A stretch of 63,895 nt of DNA, counting the filler, from Octopus bimaculoides (Eukaryota), in assembly GCF_001194135.2 (NCBI RefSeq). It is 6 parts of 6 records of this genome, joined end to end, with 100 filler letters (N's around TTAATTAATTAA, not from the genome) between each part and the next. Parts side by side here need not be neighbours in the genome. Positions count along the whole stretch, not along the records: positions 1 to 21,838 come from NC_069002.1; 5 more parts are not named here. One strand, given 5' to 3'. The translations under genes and the position numbers were made by a program. A model generated the notes under the pieces. That model was given only the letters and a program-made list of their open reading frames with translations, searched no databases and was not told the DNA's origin. Shown piece by piece: positions 1 to 10,210 of this stretch (position 1 is its first letter; every line of letters starts with the position of its first letter).

Positions 1-383
1 GTATTCTCTTCTGAAAATAAGGTTTAAAGTTCAGCAACATACAAAGAACCGTGAGACAATCGGTACACTCTTCAAGAAGGTTGCAGACAGCCATCCGAAT
101 AAAATCGCATTTCGCATTGAAGACAGAATCTGGAATTACCAGAATGTCGAGGACTATTCCAACACCATTGCCAATCACTTCCTGCGAGCTGGCTACCATT
201 CCGGTGATGTTGTGGCATTATTCAAAGAAAGCTGCCCTGAGTATGTTTGCATATGGCTAGGTCTGTCAAAAATTGGCATCATCACGGCGCTGATTAATTT
301 CAACCTGCGAGGATATTCCCTGTTGCACTGCATAAATGACGCACAACCCAAAGCTATTATTTGTGGGTCGGAATTGGCGAAAG
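1..383 (+). CDS. SLC27A4: FATP/SLC27A-like exon (5' end cut by the window edge)
   Basis: Open frame from base 2: YSLLKIRFKVQQH...GDVVALFKESCPEYVCIWLGLSKIGIITALINFNLRGYSLLHC...ICGSELAK, typical of FATP1/4. Phase-1 donor AAG|gtaatg at 383/384. The symbol is nominal; SLC27A1 vs SLC27A4 orthology cannot be resolved by eye. Confidence 0.93.
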
Positions 384-640
384 GTAATGTACCCTTTTAA
401 ATTTGAACTTGACCCCTTTTGTTACCGTATTTCTGTCGTAACATGCTGTCAGTGCTGTAATTATATTTGAACTTCGACCCATCCTTTGTTTAACATATTT
501 CTGTTGTAACATGTTCCTGGTGCTTCAATTAGTTTTGGTAAAAAAAGAATTGAAGAATTTAGTAAAATGGCTTTGTTGTTATATATGAAACTGGTGTTTG
601 GGTCATAGATCAACATTGAAATTTTGAAGGAAGTTTTATT

Positions 641-1388
641 TTAACCCTTTAGCATTTAAACTGGCTGTATCCAGCCAAAATAATCTCCCTGTTTTGTTTT
701 CAAACTGACCAGATCTGTCCTCTCACAAGTCGCTGGATGTGCAATGTCAGTGTGCATGTACGACAGATTGTAAGCATCTTTAGAGAAAAGTTGGGTACAA
801 GAGACATCAGATGTGGTGTGCAAGAGAGATGACTGCGCTGGTATGGTTATGTGATGCACATGGACGAGGACAGTTGTGTGAAGAACTGCTGGTTCCTAAC
901 TGTGGTGGGGACCTGTGGTCGAGGTAGACCCAGGAAGATATGTGATGAGGTGGTGAAGCATGATCTTTGAACTTTGGGCCTCACAGAGGCAATGACTAGT
1001 GATTGAAACCTTTTGTAATTGTGGCAAGTACTGGGGTCATGCACCTGGCACCCATTACGCTCTCAGAGTGGTTGGCATTAGGAAGGGCATCCAGCCATAG
1101 AAACCATGCCAAATTAGATTGGAGTCGAGTGCAGCTCCTCAGCTTACCAACCCTGGTCAAATCGTCCAACTCATGCCAGCATGGACAACGAATGATGATG
1201 GTGATGAATGATGATGGTGATGGATGATGATGGATGATGATGATGATTGATGATTGATGATTACTCTAAAGCTAAGCAATCACGTCACTGAAATCTCAAA
1301 GCAACAACATGATGCATGACTATTTCAAATGAATGTGGCTAAATAAGCAATATATTTGGCAGAGAAATCTGAGTGCTTAAAGGGTTAA
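641..1388. mobile_element. TTAA-flanked piggyBac-type MITE interrupted by an RTE insertion
   Basis: Termini ttaa-ccctttagcatt and agtgcttaaaggg-ttaa are inverted and flanked by TTAA. Sequence related to the right part recurs at ~19966-20135. Confidence 0.7.
731..1260 (+). mobile_element. RTE-clade LINE 3' fragment (ORF C-terminus, 3' UTR, (GAT)n tail)
   Basis: Translates RWMCNVSVH...FREKLG...QER*LRWYGYVMHM...GRGRPRKICDEVVKHDL*, the RTE C-terminal pattern with in-frame stops. Followed by the gagtggttggc...ggaagggcatccag tail and GAT repeats. Confidence 0.85.
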
Positions 1389-2583
1389 TGTAAATCACCT
1401 TAATAACAGCTAAGTTTGAGTTACAGAACCAGGAATTGTCTCAGATGGTTTGGTGTCAAAAGGGTCAAAGAATTACGGTATCAATAGCAGAAAGCTCTGC
1501 AGTGCATCGTTTGAGAGTAATTGAAAAGATACTGCCTTTGTTGCGATTAATTTTGAAAATAAGGAAGAATTTGGTGAAATAATTTTGTCATCGTTAAAGG
1601 AACTACATTGTTCAATATTTTTGTTTTGCTTCTATTTCTAGCCGGTCAAATGATCTCACAGGAGCTCTGTCATTGAAACCTCGTTAGTAAAAATCATTAA
1701 ATATCCCAGTAACCCAGTTGCTTGATTTGAAACAAATAACGCAGCTATTTCTGTCTACTTTATCGTGCTGAATGATAAAACAGAAGTGTTTATTTTACCA
1801 ATCTCGTTATCTTTGAGTTTAATCAAAGCAAAAGAAGTTGAAGTGTGACTATCCATTATCTAATTAATCATCTCCTATTAACCCTTTACATGTCCAAAGC
1901 ACTTTCACAAGTTTACCCAAAATATTGAACTTTGTTTTCAGGCTTTTGGTTAGCTCTTGTTTCATACACTTGGAGCAATGTAAAACTTTCCTTTCCTAAG
2001 TCCCAATTTACTCCGGCAGTTGAAAGAAAATGGGACTGTGTATCATATACGATGCATGGATGCTAGGGAAATATGCCCTGCCTGTCCAAAGCATCTTCAT
2101 ATGTCTGTCCAAAATGCGACAGGCTCCAGTCGTCTGTTAAAAACGTAACTAGAAATAATCAGTGATACAGATAGAGGGACAGACAGACAGACAGAGAGCT
2201 AAGTTATTGTTGGCACATTTAATACAAGATAAATATACAGTGTGACAGGCAGGTAGACATACAGATATATGAGTAAGCTAGGTATTAACATATTTAATAT
2301 ATGGATTTTTATGAAGGTGACTAGAAATAATTATGCAGCAAAACAGACATACAGACAGATATACAGAGTTGAGCAAGTGTTGTAATATTTAACTCTTTGA
2401 GTTTAATTAAAGCAAAGGAAACTGAAGTGTGACTGTCCATTATCTAACTAATTCTCTTGTATTAACCCTTTGCCACTTAAAAGCATTGTCATAAGTGTGT
2501 CCTAAATGCCCAAACTGGTTTTCAAACTTTTAAATCTAGTGGTGAGGTAATCCTTGAGAGGATGAGAGCTTTGTGTAAGAAGG

Positions 2584-3021
2584 ATCCAACTGGAGTGGCC
2601 ATGTGAGTTTATATCATACACGAAACTCAGCTTGCGAAGACTTATTGAGGCAAGCGAAAGCGAAATCAGGATGGCACCTGTGCCCAGCGTCGCCTTTCTG
2701 GCACTTGTGCCTGTGACATGCGTAAGGATTTTCGAGCGAGATCGTTGCCAGTGCCCCTGGACTGGCTCTTGTGCGGGTGGCACATAAAATACACCATTTT
2801 GAGCGTGGCCGTTGCCAGTACCGTCTGACTGGCCTTCGTTCGGGTGACACGTAAAAACACGCACTACACTCTCTGAGTGGTTGGCGTTAGGAAGGGCATC
2901 CAGCTGTAGAAACTCTGCCAAATCAGATTGGAGTCTGGTGTAGCCATCTGGTTTCACCAGTTCTCAGTCAAATCGTCCAACCCATGCTAGCATGGAAAGC
3001 GGACGTTAAACGATGATGATG
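2584..3021 (+). mobile_element. Non-autonomous element with an RTE-derived 3' tail and internal ~67-bp subrepeats
   Basis: Shares its 3' ~150 nt with the LINE at 731-1260. Related copies at 4274-4432(-), 7891-8150(-), 19153-19340(+), 19530-19790(+) and, degraded, ~16380-16600. Confidence 0.8.
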
Positions 3022-3436
3022 GTCTAGTCCAGGCCTGGCCAACTTGGATTACATTGCAGGCCACTTTAATCACAGAAAGTTTTTTGAGGACCACTGGTAT
3101 TCTGACAGAATTGAAAGCATTTTGCTTTCTCATGCTATTATTACAATAATGAATGAACGATCGTTGATTCAACATGAAATATTATCATTGCAAAAACAGT
3201 AGTATCTTTCATTTTTTACTTTTCATTACAATCTTTTGATAAGGTTTTTAAAATGCTTGTTTAAATAAACTCATTTCAAGAAAGTATCAGGCGGGCGTCT
3301 GAAGCAGTTGGAGATACGATAGTTTGACCAAAAGAACCGGCTATTGCAATCAAAATTAAATATTGGGGAAAAAAAAAAAAAAAAAAATTTGGTCAAATTT
3401 AGACATACTATAGTTTAACATAATAACAAAAATATG

Positions 3437-3884
3437 TATCTTCTATCTTTCATTCGCTTATTTCAGTCATTAGACTGCGGCCATGCTGGGGCACTGCATT
3501 GAAGAATTTTTAGTTGAATGAATCGACCCCCCCCACCACCACCACAGTACTTATTTATTTATTTATTTTTTTTACACTATATACTTGTTCTATCATCCTC
3601 TTTTGCTGAACCACTAGATTACAGGGATGTAAACCCACCAACACCGGTTGTTGAGTGATAGTGGAGAACAGACAGATGGACACACACGCACACACACACA
3701 CACACAAACAAACAAACAAACACAACGGGCTTCTTTCAGTTTCCGTCTACCAAATCCATTAACAAGGCTTTGGTCAGCCTGAGGTTATTGCAGAAGGCAG
3801 TTGCCCAAGGTGGCATATGCAGTGGGACTGAACCTGGAACCATGTAGCTAGGAAGCAAGCCTCTCAACTGCACAGCCCTGCTTA
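3437..3884 (-). mobile_element. tRNA-derived SINE, 'family B', with an internal microsatellite
   Basis: Reverse complement of the element at 41070-41683. Other copies or fragments at 5505-5567, 6420-6570, 6661-7040(-), 8545-8700, 18541-18964(-), 25270-25410, 26700-26830, 53600-53750 and 62610-62770(-). Confidence 0.8.
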
Positions 3885-5015
3885 CACACACACACACACA
3901 CACACACACCCTCATATATGCTTATACATGTATACTGTATCAGGTTATTTTGCAGGCTACACCTACTAACTCACCTGCTTAAAGATTCTAAACCATCTGA
4001 TAAGAGATAGCGTGGCAACTTTACATTATAAACTCTGTAAATAGTTGCCTCTCAATCTTGCTATTTGTCCTTATTTCTTATCTGTTTATTCTTGATTGCA
4101 GGGGCGGTAGGGGTTGGGGGCAAAACAAAAAACCTCATTTTTGACCCTTCGATAAATACTTTGACCTAAGTCCGGAAGTGGAATGGCACAAAACATAATC
4201 AATAAAATATATGTATAACTTTTGTTAATTCTGTCTGTCTGTCTTTCTCCTATATATATATATATATATATATCATCATCGTTTAATGTCCGCTTTCCAT
4301 GCTAGCATGGGTTGAACGATTTGACTGAGGACTGGCAAGCCAGGAGGCTGCACCAGGCTCCAATCTGATCTGGCAGAGTTTCTACAGCTGGGTGCCCTTC
4401 CTAACGCCAACCACTCCGACAGTGTAGTGGGTTGAGGAGTAGGGGCTGAAACTGGACATGGTTTCTCCCGATGATGTCCTTGGCTACTGGATCCGAAGGA
4501 GAAAGAAAAAATGTACACAACACCAGAGCTGAAGACACCTCCAAAAGAGGTGGGGGTCACCATGTTGAAAACGGTAGAGGTGTAANNNNNNNNNNNNNNN
4601 NNNNNNNNNNNNNNNNNNNNNNNNNNNNNNNNNNNNNNNNNNNNNNNNNNNNNNNNNNNNNNNNNNNNNNNNNNNNNNNNNNNNNNNNNNNNNNNNNNNN
4701 NNNNNNNNNNNNNNNNNNNNNNNNNNNNNNNNNNNNNNNNNNNNNNNNNNNNNNNNNNNNNNNNNNNNNNNNNNNNNNNNNNNNNNNNNNNNNNNNNNNN
4801 NNNNNNNNNNNNNNNNNNNNNNNNNNNNNNNNNNNNNNNNNNNNNNNNNNNNNNNNNNNNNNNNNNNNNNNNNNNNNNNNNNNNNNNNNNNNNNNNNNNN
4901 NNNNNNNNNNNNNNNNNNNNNNNNNNNNNNNNNNNNNNNNNNNNNNNNNNNNNNNNNNNNNNNNNNNNNNNNNNNNNNNNNNNNNNNNNNNNNNNNNNNN
5001 NNNNNNNNNNNNNNA

Positions 5016-5479
5016 TAGGAAAATGAAAAATAAGGCAGAATGCTAAACTAGAAGCATATTTTAATAAAGATTTCTAACGGGCTTTCATTGCGAAGCAAAT
5101 TTTCAAGAAGAGGGAGAATGAAAATGTTTTTTACAAAGAAGTACAAAATGAAGAAAATAATATATAAAAAAATAAACATACCAATACATTATATTTTCTT
5201 TGAGCTTTTAAAGTTCAATGGTAGTTCATGTATATAATGGTTGGAAAAATAAGGATGCATGAGAATTGAGAGTTGTTAGGTTTAAAAAAGGAGCTAAAGG
5301 TTTATGTGTTAAGCAGGAAGTGTGGTGTCAAAACAGGAAGTGTGTGTAAGGGGAGACTAAAAAGATTTGTCTCCCATTCTCCTTCTTCTTGAAAATTTGC
5401 TTCACAATGAAAGCCGGTTAGAAATCTTTATTAAAATATGCTTCCAGTTTAGCATTCTGCCTTATTTTTCATTTTCCTA
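5016..5479. mobile_element. TA-flanked foldback element with ~105-bp terminal inverted repeats
   Basis: taggaaaatgaaaaataaggcagaatgc...aagaagagggagaatg is mirrored by cattctcc...ttatttttcattttccta and abuts (TA)n. A second, gap-truncated copy is at 17381-17666. Confidence 0.85.
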
Positions 5480-5706
5480 TATATATATACATATATATAT
5501 ATATAGGCATAGGAGTGGCTGTGTCGTAAGTAGCTTGCTTACCAACCACATGGTTCCGGGTTCAGTCTTAATCGACTTAATCCCTTTGTCTGTCCTTGTC
5601 TTGCTCCTCTATGTTTAACCCCTTGTGGGCAGTAAAGAAAAAAGAAAATTTCAGGCCTTGCGCCTTTAGTAGAAAGGATTATTATTATTATTATTATTAT
5701 TATTAA

Positions 5707-5930
5707 GGCGGCGTGCTGGCAGAACCGTTAGCATGCCAGGCAAAATGCTTAGTGACATTTCATCTATCCATCTTTACGTCCTGTGTTCAAATTCCACCAA
5801 GACCGACTTTGCCTTTCATCTTTTTGGAGTCGATAAATTAAGTACCAGTGAAACACTGGGGTTGATGTAATCAACTAGTCCCCTCCCCCAAAATTTCAGG
5901 CCTTGTACCTTCAGTAGAAAGGATTATTAC
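5707..5930 (+). mobile_element. tRNA-derived SINE, 'family A', CORE-like, with (ATT)n tail
   Basis: Head ggcggcg-gctggcaga...gttcaaattcc (A/B-box-like), body gcctttcatc...gataaattaagtaccag, tail agaaaggattatt. Further copies at 9529-9765 and 10385-10615; tails at 5640-5705, 9150-9288 and 10316-10380. The CORE assignment is from recalled similarity only. Confidence 0.8.
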
Positions 5931-6040
5931 TACTATTCCTACTTCTACTACTACATGTAAAGTATTTACTCTTCTTTGGGGGTTAATCTTTTGTCGTTTT
6001 TTAATTATTTTCTCCCTCTCTGTTTGACCTTTTAATACAG

Positions 6041-6110
6041 ATAAGCTAATGTTTATATACACATCTGGGACAACTGGATTACCAAAAGCAGCTACAATAA
6101 CCCATTGCAG
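6041..6110 (+). CDS. SLC27A4: FATP exon with the ATP/AMP-binding motif
   Basis: tacag|AT...TGCAG|gtaggt, 70 nt, phase 1 to 2. Encodes (D)KLMFIYTSGTTGLPKAATITHC(R). Not in the ORF track. Confidence 0.96.
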
Positions 6111-7115
6111 GTAGGTGAAACCGTATACATTGTCTCTTCACTTCAGTTCTTTTGTGTTGCTCATTGACAGGAAGTTGATTTGGTCGTTTGTGTGGTGTGG
6201 TGAGCTTCATTCATCTCCCTGGCCCTTGGATGCACTTTAGCAAAGTCGGTCACCCTGTTGCAAACATTTGGAATCGGTGTCCTCTCTTCCAGCTTTATCC
6301 AGCGTCTGGGGTCTTGTTGTGGAATTGTCACAGTCACATGCGTTGCTCTTCTTCCAGTATCAGACCTATTGTAAATTATGAAAGAAAAAAAGAAAAGAAA
6401 AAGTAAATAAAAAAAAAATAGTGGTTAAGAAGCTTGGTTTTGTAATCGTGTGGTTTCAAGTTCAGTTTCACCTGATGGCATTCTGGGCAAATGTTTTCTA
6501 TTAGAACTCTAGATTAACCAATGTTTTGTAAGGGAATTTGTAAATTTGGTTAACAGAAATGGTGCGGGAGCTCATGTGTGTGTGTGTGTGCGTGTGCACG
6601 TGTGTGTGTGTGTGCATGTGCGTACATGTATGTGTGTATGTGCTTGTGTGAAAGCTCATTCTTATTTACCTTTTACTCATTTTATTCATTGAACTATGGC
6701 AATGCTGGAGCACCACCTTGGGGATGAGTGGGTGGGGGAATCTTAGTTGATTTGTTCAGTACTTATTCTCTCAATCAGTCGTTTTTGCTGAACTGCTAAG
6801 TTACAGTGATGTAAAGAAACCGACACCAGTTGTCAAGCGATAGTGGGGACAAACACAAAGACACACACACACACACACGACAGGCTTCCACACAGTATCC
6901 AGTAACCAAATTCACTCATAAGGCATTGGCAAGCCTGGGGCTATCGTAGAAGACATTTGCCCGAGGTGCCGTGCTGTGGGATTGAACCCAAAACATCATG
7001 GTTACAAAGTGAGCCTCTTAACCCCATAACCATGTCTGTACTTTATCTATCTATCTATCTATTTATCTGCATCTATCTATCTATCTATCTATGTGTTTAA
7101 TATTCTCATTCAAAG

Positions 7116-7317
7116 ATATTTCTTCATGGCGTACGGCATCAAGCAGTTTCTCCAGGTAAAAGAGTCCGACGTCCTGTACAACACTCTGCCGCTGTACCAC
7201 TCAGCTGGTGGCATTCTTGGAATCGGTCAAACCTTACTTGGTGGAACGACCTGTGTTATTCGCAAGAAGTTCTCTGCCAGTCAGTTTTGGATAGACTGTG
7301 TCCACTATGGCTGCACT
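7116..7317 (+). CDS. SLC27A4: FATP exon
   Basis: caaag|A...TGCACT|gtaagt, 202 nt, phase 2 to 0. Encodes YFFMAYGIKQ...LYNTLPLYHSAGGILGIGQ...IRKKFSASQFWIDCVHYGCT. Confidence 0.96.
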
Positions 7318-7500
7318 GTAAGTATATTCCTCTACTTTGACAGTCTTTGATCTCTTTTTTTGAAATGGTATGTGATGTCTGGGGGATAAGCTGGGCTTTT
7401 CTGCTGTGGTCCCTATCCAGGTATATATAACCCAGAGCACTTTGTAGCAAAAAAGTTTACTTAAATAATGTTTGGATGAGACATAATTCATCATCATCAT

Positions 7501-7888
7501 TTAACCCTTTCAATACCAGCCTACCTGAAACTGCCTCTGGCTCTGCAGTCTTGTTTTCAAAAGTTCTAAATTAAAATCTTCCACCAAACCTTAGTCACGA
7601 TTTATGTTCCTAACACTAGCTTAATGATAACTAAGTTATTTACTAAATTCTTTGTTATATTTAACCCTTTTGATACCAAGCTGGCTGAAACTGCTTTTGG
7701 TTCTGTAGTACAAATGTCTTGTTAAAAGTTCTGAATTAAAATCTTCCACCAAACCTTAGTCGCAATTTATGTTCCTAACACTAGCTTAATGATAACTAAG
7801 TTATTTTACTAAATTCTTTGTTATATTTAAAATTGATTGAAAGAAACACAAAGCATCTCAACAGAAATATGGTAACAAAAGGGGTTAA
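7501..7888. mobile_element. TTAA piggyBac-type MITE (7661-7888) preceded by a partial tandem copy (7501-7660)
   Basis: ttaa-cccttttgatacca ... tggtaacaaaagggg-ttaa; the first ~160 bp are duplicated in tandem. Family fragments at ~413-640 (reverse) and ~21100-21290. Confidence 0.75.
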
Positions 7889-8810
7889 TATCCATTTTCC
7901 ATGCTGGCATGGGTTAGACGGTTTGACAAGAGCTGGCAAGCCAGAGAGCTGCATGAGGCTCCAGTTGTCCGTTTTGGCATGGTTTCTACAGCTGGTTGAC
8001 CTTCCTAACACCGACCACTTTACAGAGTGTACCGGGTGCTTTTTACATGACACCACAGGTGTTTTTTACATGACACCTGAACAAATTCTCTTATATGTGA
8101 CAGCAACGACAGGTGCTCTTTATGTGGCACCAGCATGGGTGCTCTTTATGTCGCAGAAATATTCATGAGCAAGATTCAGATGAAGAGACGTTCAAAACAA
8201 TATTCCAAACAAAGAATATGAACATAGAATGATTTACGTATCTTGTCCAGACCATGTGTTGCTAAGCATAAAGTATACGTTTACAGAATGTGTCTGTATG
8301 AATTTGTGCTTCTGTACAAGCAGGTAGATGCTGAGTAATGATGGCTTGTTTAGATAGCTCCTATGAAGTGCTGTGCACATCTGTTGACGAAGTTCAATGA
8401 CTTGTGGTTCTGTAAAGGACAATGTTGAGAGAAGTTAATACAACACCATTCTGATCTGATAGACTTGGTTGTCCAAACAGAAAGAAAACAGACGTAGTAG
8501 ATTCTGTCACTTTCTGTGAGAAGAATTTACTTTCAGAAGTAGTGATCTGATTGGCTAGATAGACTTGCCACAAGAGAATCTGTGTGGTTTCGAGTTCAGT
8601 CCCATTGCACGTCACCTTTGGCAAGTGTCTTCTTTTATAGCCCCGGGGGCCAATCAATGCTTTGTGTGTGAATTTGGTAAATTGTGGAAGCCCATCGTGT
8701 GTGTGTATGGAATCTAGTGTGGCCCCTGGTCTTACAAGTTCCTATCAAGCTATCCAGTCCAAGAATTAATGTAGCTACTCTTATTTATCTCTTTCTCTCT
8801 CTCTCTCTAG

Positions 8811-9003
8811 GTATCTCAGTACATTGGTGAGATATGTCGCTACCTCCTGGCTCAGCCAAACAGACCTGAAGAAAAACAGCACAAACTACGACTCATGTTT
8901 GGAAATGGGCTACGACCCCAGATTTGGGAACAGTTCCAGAAACGGTTCAGCATCGAACAGATTGGAGAGTTTTATGGTGCCACCGAGGGCAACTGCAGTC
9001 TGA
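8811..9003 (+). CDS. SLC27A4: FATP exon
   Basis: Polypyrimidine tract + ctag|GTA...CTGA|gtatgt, 193 nt, phase 0 to 1. Encodes [13 protein letters not shown]...[10 protein letters not shown]...[14 protein letters not shown]. Confidence 0.96.
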
Positions 9004-9781
9004 GTATGTCGGGTTTTCTTTTTTTTTGCTTCATTAGTTGTTTCTTGTTTATATTTATTCTTGTAATGTGTTTTGCTTTTCTATTTTTTTTTAATATAGT
9101 TTATGTTTGTTTTAATCTTATCTTTCTGTTATTATTATCATTATTATTTGCCTTTCATCCTTTCGGGGTCAATAAATTAAGTACCAGTCAAGTACTGGGG
9201 TCAGTGTTATTGACTAGTCCCCTCCCCACAAAATTTCAGGCCTTGTGCCTTTAGTAGAAAGGATTATTATTATTATTATTATTAAGATNNNNNNNNNNNN
9301 NNNNNNNNNNNNNNNNNNNNNNNNNNNNNNNNNNNNNNNNNNNNNNNNNNNNNNNNNNNNNNNNNNNNNNNNNNNNNNNNNNNNNNNNNNNNNNNNNNNN
9401 NNNNNNNNNNNNNNNNNNNNNNNNNNNNNNNNNNNNNNNNNNNNNNNNNNATTGACTAGTCCCCTCCCCACAAAATTTCAGGCCTTGTGCCTTTAGTAGA
9501 AAGGATTATTATTATTATTATTATTAAGATGGCGAGCTGGCAGAATCATTAGCAGGTCGGGCGAAACGCTTAGCGGTATTTCATCAGTCTTTATGTTCTG
9601 AGTTCAAATGCCGCCGAAGTCGACTTTGTCTTTCATCCTTTCAAGGTTGATAAAATAAGCACCAGTTGAACACTGAAGGGTTGATGTAATTGACTCATCC
9701 CCCCCCCCACTGCCCCAAAGCTGCCCTTGTGGCAAAAATTTGAAATAACGATTATTATTATTATTATTGTTTTTCTTGCAG

Positions 9782-9925
9782 TTAACATCGACAACACAGT
9801 GGGTGCTGTTGGATACACAACAAGAATTTTACCGTTTCTCTATCCTGTCACCTTAGTGAAAGTAGATGAATACACAGGAGAACCGGTGCGTGATACAAAC
9901 GGAATCTGTGTAAAGGCAAAGCCAG
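9782..9925 (+). CDS. SLC27A4: FATP exon
   Basis: ttgcag|TT...CCAG|gtaaga, 144 nt, phase 1 to 1. Encodes (I)NIDNTVGAVGYTTRILPFLYPVTLVKVDEYTGEPVRDTNGICVKAKP. Confidence 0.95.
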
Positions 9926-9954
9926 GTAAGAAGATTATGTTTACCATACAATTC

Positions 9955-10210
9955 TATATTTAAGAGATGAGGAATTATGTACATTATTTACATTTGACAG
10001 ATATTTGTCCTCATCTTGTTTGTTGTTAACCCAACGTTTTGGCTGATATACACTCCAGCCTTCATCAGGTGTCTTGGGGAAACTTTGAACCTGGGTTCTC
10101 ATTCCAAAGGTATTTTTCGATATTATTATTATTATTATTATTCAGGTCACTGCCTGGAATCGAACTCGGAATCTTGGGGTTAGTAGCCCACACTCTTAAC
10201 CATTATGCCC
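9955..10210 (-). mobile_element. tRNA-headed SINE-like element carrying a hammerhead-like module
   Basis: Minus strand reads: tRNA-like head (B box gagttcgattcc), (AAT)n, body, CTGATGA core, then a 3' hairpin gatgagga/tcctcatc. A headless second copy is at 12262-12404. Confidence 0.75.
10028..10073 (-). ncRNA. Minimal type-I hammerhead-like motif, degenerate (G12>A)
   Basis: GACAC-CUGAUGA-A-GGCUG(10 nt)CAGCC-AAAACGUU-GGGUU. Stem II is perfect; GAAA is mutated to AAAA. Confidence 0.55.

Noticed and set aside
4433-4584. Possible missing FATP exon, or an R4-like 'PDDVLGYWI' fragment
   Set aside because: There is no acceptor or FATP similarity, and the retroelement resemblance covers only a few residues.
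9208-9530. Identical 80-bp sequence on both sides of gap 9289-9450
   Set aside because: An exact overlap flanking Ns is typical of unmerged contig ends. It is probably a false duplication.
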